Of a stretch of 64,000 nt of DNA, positions 55,438-64,000 are shown piece after piece. Every line of letters begins with the position of its first letter. Within the stretch, counting starts at the first letter, position 1. Under the pieces are notes generated by a model that did not search any database, had not been told where the DNA came from, and saw nothing but the letters and a program-made list of their open reading frames with translations. The DNA comes from Vicugna vicugna (Eukaryota). Made by a program: the position numbers and the translations under genes. The stretch spans positions 1,077,527-1,141,526 of the forward strand of contig MU058065.1 in the NCBI GenBank assembly GCA_013265495.1, in the 5' to 3' direction.

Positions 55438-56379
55438 AAATCCATCTCTGACACTGATGCATAATCCAGTATATTTTTACCTTTGCAAATTTCTAAACCA
55501 CCTGGAATTTTTTTTCTGTTGATTTTTCAAGAAGGTGTATTGGTCTGGTATTAGGGAAAGGGAATATTCAGTCATAAAGTAAACGGGGAAAATCTGAAAG
55601 GGAAATGGAGGCTATGGCTGTACAGGAGATAATAAAACTTGCCTGTGGGCGAGTTGACCACTGGCATCTGCTAACCATTCAGATCCTTCATGTCAGGCAT
55701 TTTACAATGAATGAGTAAAGGGAAATCAATATTGAGATTTTATTCATTAAAATTATAATTTATAAAGTTTATATTTGACACTGCCTCCCTCTTGCCTTCT
55801 CTGCAGATACACAAGACTGAACGCTGATGGCACTGTGCAGCCCAGTCAGTCTCCTTCTCCCACTTCACCGGGGAGTGGGGGGTGTGGGGGTGGGGAGGGT
55901 GTCTGCTCTGGAACCTCCCTCTTTCTCCCCTCGACACTGGTCTCTTCTAGGTATCACTTCCAGCTAAAACAGTCTATGCTTATGAAAAATTAGATCCAGA
56001 AAGAGCCAAGAGATTAATATGTTATACTTCTTTCTATTTTGACAGGCAATATGCTTCAACCCATAGTTGGACTTTCAAGAAAGAGGCATGACTCATTACA
56101 TCCTCCTCGATTTTTGGCAGACGGAAATCGGCACACAATCCATCATCCCAGCCCCATTAGGCCCTTATCGGTAGAAGTGACTCTTTGCATCCAGTCACCT
56201 TGAGCTGGAATCCCGTTTCCTCGCATACTGCTGGAATCACGGTCACATTATAGATGCTCAAAAATACTTGCTTTATAAAGGAAAAATGAAGAAGGGAAGT
56301 AGGTCCACTTTGGAGATAGAATGATTGATAGATATATCAATCAATCAGTAGATAAATAGATAGAGGGCTTAGAGAATTT

Positions 56380-56812
56380 TGTGGATGTTTGCCATTTGTT
56401 CTTTGCAGGGATTCATTCTCCCTCCTCCTGGCAGTGGTAATTCCTGTGGGGAGATCAGACTTTCTCCTCTCAGTCTAGCGTGGAACTCAGACTCAGCCAA
56501 CCAACCACTAGATCCCCGTGGCCACCATGACTATTGGGGGACTGGCAAATGCCTCAAATTGGTTGAATCAGAGTAAACAGGGATGCTATGCAGCCGCTCA
56601 GACATCCCTCATCCTTCTTGCGACTTTCAAAGGGAGGATAGTAGGACCAGGTCTGCAGCATCATAGAAGACCTGGATCTAGATAAGCCTGCAGCTAGGCC
56701 AACCCTAGGACCCTTCAGTTTTGTCAAATACTAAATTCCAGCTTGTTGAAGCCCAATCGAGTTGAGTTTTCTGACACTTACATTGGAAAACAATCTCAAG
56801 TCAACCAGTACA
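56380..56812 (+). mobile_element. Old MaLR LTR (MLT1K/L-like)
   Basis: ccccgtggccaccatgactattgg...ctaaattcc...gaagcccaatcgagttgagttttctgacactt. Confidence 0.55.
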
Positions 56813-59589
56813 ATGCAGCAGTTACTGAATAAATGCTGTTGGCTAACATGTCAGAAAATGTGGTTGATGTCAGGAAAGGACTAGGAATGTTACATGGCAT
56901 GAAATGAACGCATCGTACTATTTATTGCTTGAAAATATCCTTCCTATTTAACAATCTAAGTGGAAATAATTAACTGCCATATACATTTGCCATATATATA
57001 TATGTATTTGATCATACAGTACACTTTGATGTGGAAACATGGCTCCAGTAAAATCAAACTGTGTTCACATTTTCTCCCAAATTGTTCACTCACCATTACC
57101 CTTAATGTCTTCCCTGAGCCCCACTTGCTCATTCAAAGCCGTAATTTGTGGGTTTCTTGCCTTAGGCTCAAACGCTCATTTTCACCACTTCATATCCTCA
57201 ATGATATCTATTTTCTACTTTTGTGCTCCTAATATCTAAGTCTCCTAGATATTTTTTTTTCCCAGACATCAATTTCCTGTGTCTGGCTGTTCATTAATGC
57301 ATCTTAGATCTTAAGGTCAAGTGTTAAAAATGGGATCTTAACACACCTTTTTATTACCTGCTGTGGTGAGCTATAATAGCAAGACAAAATAAAACAACAG
57401 GAAAAAAATAAACCTGTCTCAAAGAGAAGGGAGTCGGCTTCTTTTAGCTCCACATCTTATATTTAAAATTGATATACTTAAGCATCAAATATGGTATTTC
57501 TCATGCTAAGATATTTCAACTCTGCCCAAAACTTGGTATCTCGGAAAAAGTATTAAATATGTAATCAACCATTGACTAAATACTTAATTTTAGACGGGAA
57601 GGACATAATTTCTGAGATTTCATTATCTGTATGTTTATATTGAAGGAAGTACTTTCCAGAGTTGCTATAACCAATTAAAATAAGATTAAAAAAAGTCAGA
57701 CACTTAGCAAGGTGGCCAGTACAAGTGGAGGCTAGACAAATATTAATGTAACTTCTCCGCTTTTCTGGTTTGCCAGGCAACTCTGCTCCCAGCTGTAAAA
57801 CAGACGTTTTAATGATAAATTTCCACCCTGCAGCACCATAGGAAGACAGACTCTAACAATATTAATGTATTTTGATTATTTCTGTAAGAGGGCTTTGATA
57901 ATAATTGTCAGGTAATATACTTCTGAATTTAAATTAGGGGGGAAAAAGATCTTGCTTGAAAATGAAGGAAAACTAACAAAAATAAATCTCTGTTATAATT
58001 ATCAGTAGAGTATAATATGGAGTTGGACAAATGTTTTGAATGGATTTCATGGTTATTTCTGCCCAAAACTCCACGATAATTCAAGATTTTCATGCAAGTT
58101 AGGGCTTGGGGTAATCATGGCTACTGAGGTATGCTTGGAAAAACAAATACTCCATGATTTATTATAAAGTACTTATTGCCAAGAGTTTGAGGTTGATATT
58201 TTGGCCCATTGATTTGATGCTTAGTAATAAAAATAAAATGAGAGGTTACAGCAAGGAGTAGAGAGTTTTTTTAACCTTTATCAAAGTTCCTTTTATTCAC
58301 TTCTGAGGTTCTAAAGAGGCAGAACTGAATTATAAGGCTTATTAAAGCCAGAACAAATCCTATAAACATCTTTACAAGACTTATTTTTTCTTAAAACATG
58401 ACAAGTGTATTTAAGATTAACATATGTTATTATCTATGGTACTTTGGAATCTAAAATTAAAACACTCATTTCCATACACAAATAAGTCTTCTCTACTTCT
58501 TGAAGTGTCATGGCTTGAAGAAGAGAGGGTACATGGAAAACTCAAATCAAATCATGATATTCAGATTCAACTGAGAATATAGTTTGCAGAAGTTCACATC
58601 AGGGGAGATATTTTTCAAAAATTCAACCAAAGGGGAGGCTCTGGGAAATATATTTTCTAATTTATGTCTTCAAAGCGAACATAAGCATTGAATATGGTTT
58701 GAGAACAAGCCAAGTTTTCACAAATGAATTTAGCTAACCACTTCTACGTTTTTCCCTGTAGAAGTAGAAGCTAGAGATACAGAGATACAATGGCCTTGAA
58801 CTTCCTGCATAGAAGGCTAACAATACCAGTTGAAAGTATAATGACTAGTTTGGCTCTCTAAAGGTTATCACTATTATGGAGGAAGAGATGATTCTCTGTA
58901 TTGATGTGTTTAATTCACTTACTCACTATTTATTGGCAAAGAATCCGAGTGCCTACTCTTTGCTGGGCAGTGACCCAAGCAGAATGGTCGGTGTCCTCAG
59001 GGAATCGCAGGCTATTGAACCAGCATGATTTCAGCATCATGTGATCAGATGCTCTCAGAGGAAGTACCAGGCAGGTGCAATGCACAAGTCCTGGGGCACC
59101 AACCACAGCTGAGAGTCTGGGAAGTCCCAAGGGAGGAAGTGGCTTTTCAGCTGATGCAGAGCATGAGTAAGCCTTAATCAGATAACAGCAAGAAGTGGAG
59201 AGAAGAGAATTTGTGGGCTGACAGTTGGTTGGAATCGAGAGAAATTGAGAAATTACAGAGATATTTGGAAAGAACTTCACTGGACCTGTTTGCTCATATT
59301 TCCAAGGGCTGAAACTGTGCTTGGGTCAAGGAAATGACACAATAAGTATTTACTGAATAAATGAATGGAGAAAAGTATGTATGATTGGGAACAGTTCAAG
59401 AATAACTATTGAAGACACCAGGTTGGATGATAGTTGTATTTAATGCTATTCTGCTCTATTCCGCCTTTCCTTCACTTGCCATTTTCTTAATTTATGATGA
59501 AGAAGAAAGGAAAGATCTGTGAATACTCACACACTACTAATTCTCGTCCTTGTTATAAGAGTAATCTGAAAGCAGGGATCAGCTTAATC

Positions 59590-60260
59590 CCCTCCTCTCC
59601 GTCTCCACTGGTCTGCCTGGGTTTAGGTGCCCATCATGTCTTGGCTAAATTAATGCAATTGCCTCTTAGCGCAGCTTTCTCCATGGTGCTGCCAGATTTA
59701 TCCTTGTAAATGTAGATTTGCTCGTGTCACTCCCGAAATTAACACCCTTTGATAGCTTTTTCCATCCCTTGAGACTAAAAATCCAAACTTTTATGTGACA
59801 TTCAAGGTCTTTTCAGCTTTGGTTGCTATACAAAATCTCATTGGCAGCATTTTCCCCCCGGACCTTAAGATTACCCTAATATAACACGTCCCCACCTTAA
59901 CTTGGTTCTAGACTACCGATTCAAGAATAAAGTTCAAGACTGACCACATGCCAAGGGAGACGATGAGTCTTGAGGAGACAGGCAGGTTATACTCAGTTAT
60001 GCTGTTCTGTCTGCTTGAGCTTCTCCTTTTGGCTAAATCCTGTGTAAAGACCTAATTCAGATGTGGTTTCATTGAGGAAGGCTTCTATTATCAGCCAGGC
60101 TTTTTCAAGGTTGACCTCAAGGCCTCTCCTCTGGCTGTCACAGGGCTCCGTGCATCCCCGTATCAGAGCACCTCCTGATCACACTCTAGGGTTGTCATCT
60201 GTGAGGTGATCTCTTCTTCCGGTCTGTGAGCTGCTTGAAGGGACAGACCATGAATTATTT
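59590..60260 (+). mobile_element. L2 fragments
   Basis: tgtcactccc...aacacccttt...aaaatccaaactttt...ttcaaggtc; tgtgagctgcttgaagggacagacc. Confidence 0.55.
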
Positions 60261-62599
60261 GCAGCAAGTGGAAAGTAAGTAGAGATAATGGAAGGGAGGG
60301 AAAGATACGAGCCATGACAAATTGCTTGATATTTTCAAAATCTTTCCTCTCTAAAACTCTTTTGGCTCAGGTGTTTTCAAACGATCACTAGAGAGAAAAG
60401 CCGCAATGTCACCATGAGACGCCAAGTGTCCCATAACTATTTTTACTGTTGAAACAAACTGGAGGCTTCTAATAGCTACCTGCCATATCTATAGATAATT
60501 TGGGTGCCTGAGATAACACAGTGGAAGCCTCTAAACTAACTTTTTATTTAACAAATTCCGAAAGCTCTAGTTCTTTAACTTTGTAAAACATTTTCATTAA
60601 CAGCCAGGGCGTTCTCAATACCCACGGCCAACAGACATGCTCAAGCATTAACACTGAATCCTAATTGCATGCTTATGAGAATCAGTTATGCTTGCTCTCA
60701 AAACTGCTAGTGTCAACTACGCTAGTTGCTGTAATTATGTTATCAAATACTCTAGAAACCAAAGAAATATGAGTTTGAAAAATTAATGAGAATTTCTCTG
60801 AAAACTCTGTTGAAAATTTATGTCAATGACTTGGAAGATACTCAATAAAAGGAGGTTTACTGGGGGAAAAAATGGTCTGGTTGAGTGTGGTGAGATTTGG
60901 GTAAATCTGTTCAGTCTAAAAGGAATCTAAACTATGTTTGTTTGTTTATTTTTCCAAACCGTCTTTAAATTCTGGCTTATCTTTAAAGAAACTGAAACTA
61001 AATTAAAAAGTGAAAACTAATGGATATGTTTTATGCATAAAGATTATACGGAAGCCTAATTAGGAAAAATACACACAGATAAAAGACTATTTCAAAATTT
61101 GGTAAATAATGCATATTTGCGACGTTAAATTTTAAAAGCATTTTATACGTGCTTGTGCTTTTCTTTCTTAAATATTGCTCCGATTTCTTTTACATTTTGT
61201 TTAATCAGTCCCAATTATGTTAGATCTAGATCGTCTACATTTATATCCTATAAATAAATCTATTAGCAAAGAGCCTGACACACAGTAGAGGCTCAATACG
61301 TCTCAAAAAATGTTGGATTTATTCCTTCTTGCTAAGGAAAAAAAAAAAAAAAAACACAAAATTATCTCCAAAGACTCAAAGAATTGATTCAAGGAACGTT
61401 GTTTTACAGACAGCTATTGACAAACAGGAAAGTCATATTTTTCTTCAGGTAGAATTACGTTCAGTCAAAAAAAAAAAAAACCAATGTTAAAGTTTAATTT
61501 ACTTACAGAAAACTATTTGAGCAATTACATCCTAAGGCACTTCGGAATGGACCCTAGTGAGGCTAACATACACAGCAATGCCCTGAATTCAGGAAGGAAC
61601 CAAACAATTCCAGAAAGCAGCAGACGCCACACTCTTCAGTACCATATCAGTATACTGTCTCTTCTGAGAAGTTACAAATCAGCAGTTGGGAACCTAGTGA
61701 CTTTCCCAGCCCAGGCCATTATCTGTGCTACCACATTAGATACTGACATCACCAATGAAAGCTTCTTCTATTGTTTTCTGTGCAAAACCAGCAAAAATAT
61801 GCACCCCACTTTGCAGAGTCTGTATTACCTGTAATGCTGACAGAAAGGGATTAGTGTAGCCCTGAGTTATTTCTGGCATGAGTTTACATCCAGAAAAATG
61901 AATCTTCCTTGAATCGGTAAAGCTCATAGCTACCTATTTATTTACCTGCTGGAAGAGAGATGTTATAATTTGCCAAGCAAAATCAGCAGACTGGAAGAAA
62001 AAAGCTTTACTGTCAGCTCTGTCTTAAACATAAGGCATTCACCCCCTTCCTTCCCAAATACTTGAAATATGCTCTTCTCTTGATAATGGCATCTTAACAC
62101 TTAATGGAATGATGCTGTGAATTCTTTGGACAAAAAGAAATCGCAAAAACTTTGCAGAAAGTTCCTACAGATAAAGAGTATTTGAGCACAGTGAAATGCT
62201 ACTTGCAAAATATTTTGCTCAGGTCCAGAAATATTTTGCAGTTTAAATAGAGTTATTGGGGTGAAAGGGAATAATACACTTTGGAAAGATCAAGAAATTC
62301 TAAATATTTATTTATAGAATCATTGTGAAAAAATAAGCTCTCAATGAATAAAAACGCACTGCTGTTTCCTCTTCCATATCAACCCCCAAATCATCGTGTC
62401 TTTCTAAATAATATTTTTAAATTATCTGAATGCACTAGGTTTACCCTCTCTAAAAGTTAAGGTAGTACTATATTGACAAATGGTATACAGCATAATGACC
62501 CTTTCGAAGCTTTAGACACCTCAGTTTTGGTAAATCCAAGCTCGGCCCCTCAGTAGAGCACCTCAAAGTCTTATTTCACTAAGAAGCTTGGAGAGGACC

Positions 62600-64000
62600 C
62601 TCTCTCCTTCATCTTTGAATTGACCGTCACCTCTCTCTGGTTTTCTGACTCCATCTCTCTCACTAGGATTTCCTGGCCTACACGGACCCTTCTTCTTTAC
62701 TCTCCGTTGGCTTATTCTCGTAAGCAATTCAAAACATCCCAGGCTCCCCTTTCTTAAGGATCCTTTCCTTCAAACTCTTGCAACCTCCTGCCCGTCTCTC
62801 TCATTCTTTCTCTTGTTTCCTTTCACTTTTCTCCTCTCCCTCCCTTCCTCCTTCCCTTTCACCCATCCTTTCTTCCTTCTCTCTCTCTCATTCATTTATT
62901 AAATCATTCATCTCTAATTCAAAAACACTTATTGAGCATCTCTTTTGCACCCAGAGCATTGTTAGCAGCTGGAGATACACTTTTAAACAGGACATCAAAG
63001 TCTCAAACGTCTGGCCTCTTCTGTGTCCACCAAACAAGCTCTCTCTGTGTCTGTTGCTCCCTGACTTCTGCCACCAAAGTCTGCTGCAATGGTTTCCTTA
63101 AAAGTCACCTTGTCCTTGCTAATCTCATAATCTAGGAGGCTTTCTTTTTCTCTGTCTAGATTCTTCTCAATCTCTTTAGAGCTGTTTTCACTCTTCTAGA
63201 CCACAGCTTCTTTCTGGAGTGTCCCAGTTTCCTTGGCTTCCCTGAAGCTGTCCTCTGTTATCTCTCATCGTTCTAATGGTTCCTGCTTATCTTCACCAAC
63301 TTCTCTCCTTGCCCTTCATGTGTCAGTAGAGGTCCAGGTTCTGTTTCCATGATTCTCCCTTCTCTGTACTTGTCCTTGCCAACCATCCATTTTTAAGACT
63401 TCAATGCTCTATCCTATTCACATGATTTCTGAATCTAAGACTCCACTGTTTCCCATATCCTGAGACATATATTTGTCTTCCCCCTAAAGGCTGAATATTT
63501 CCAAATGGATGTCCCTTTGACACTCAGGTCAATGTGTTCCAAAACAAATTAATCCCCTACTTCCTGCTATTGAAACTTTGTCTTCAGAGGCATCCTCATT
63601 CTGCCAGTCACAGAGAACAGAAACTTCCAAGTAATTTGACACTTACATTCTTCCCATGTATACACATTCAACAGGTCAACACACTTTTCCTCGTCTACCT
63701 GGATCTCACATCTCCTATTTTCCAAACTACCTACAAGGCTTTTACTAAACTCTTTGTCTTGGCTACTAAGTGATACTCTTAACTGGAGTCTCTCTCTCAG
63801 TTTCCCCAGCAATATTCATTAACCTGAAAGAATAGTCCTAAACAAGAAACAGGATTACCTCATTCCTCTTCTTTAGAGCCGTCAGGATTATCCAAAATAG
63901 AGTCCACTTTGTCTGTAAGGTGATTCAGCCTTTGTACATGTGACCCAACCTCCTTTCTAGCCTTGTCATATTACCCACTCACGTAATTCTGTCTCCCTGG
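62600..64000 (+). mobile_element. Degraded L2 internal and 3' region running to the window end (short opposite-strand L2 tail at ~62890-62990)
   Basis: Pyrimidine-rich; ccaaatggatgtccctttgacactcaggtcaatgtgttccaaaac and attacctcattcctcttcttt...aaaatagagtcca. Confidence 0.6.

Noticed and set aside
59673..59693. REST/RE1-like site tctccatggtgctg
   Set aside because: Mismatches at key positions in both half-sites; lies in L2-like sequence.

Overview
Mammalian genomic DNA, most likely a camelid (inferred from a Vic-1-type tRNA-Ala-derived SINE). The whole window lies inside NYAP2 (neuronal tyrosine-phosphorylated PI3K adaptor 2) on the minus strand. Two internal coding exons are visible, 49342-49041 (302 nt) and 5198-4200 (999 nt). 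They have canonical AG/GT sites and compatible phases and are separated by a 43.8-kb intron; the start and stop codons lie outside the window. The rest is intron, dense in L1, L2, MIR, MaLR/ERV LTRs and microsatellites. Main observation: the large exon reads ...[18 protein letters not shown]..., lacking in frame the ~33-aa block ([33 protein letters not shown]) that I recall from human NYAP2, whose core is shared with NYAP1 and MYO16. This could be a lineage-specific deletion, an individual variant or an assembly artefact. Secondary observations concern L1 mechanics (a twin-primed inversion, a TSD-flanked copy with a premature 3' end, a 5'-half-only copy, tightly clustered 5' breakpoints) and an LTR41-like CTCF motif. 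I found no evidence for a new multi-gene system. Repeat family names and orthologue comparisons are from memory and need RepeatMasker/Dfam and alignment confirmation.
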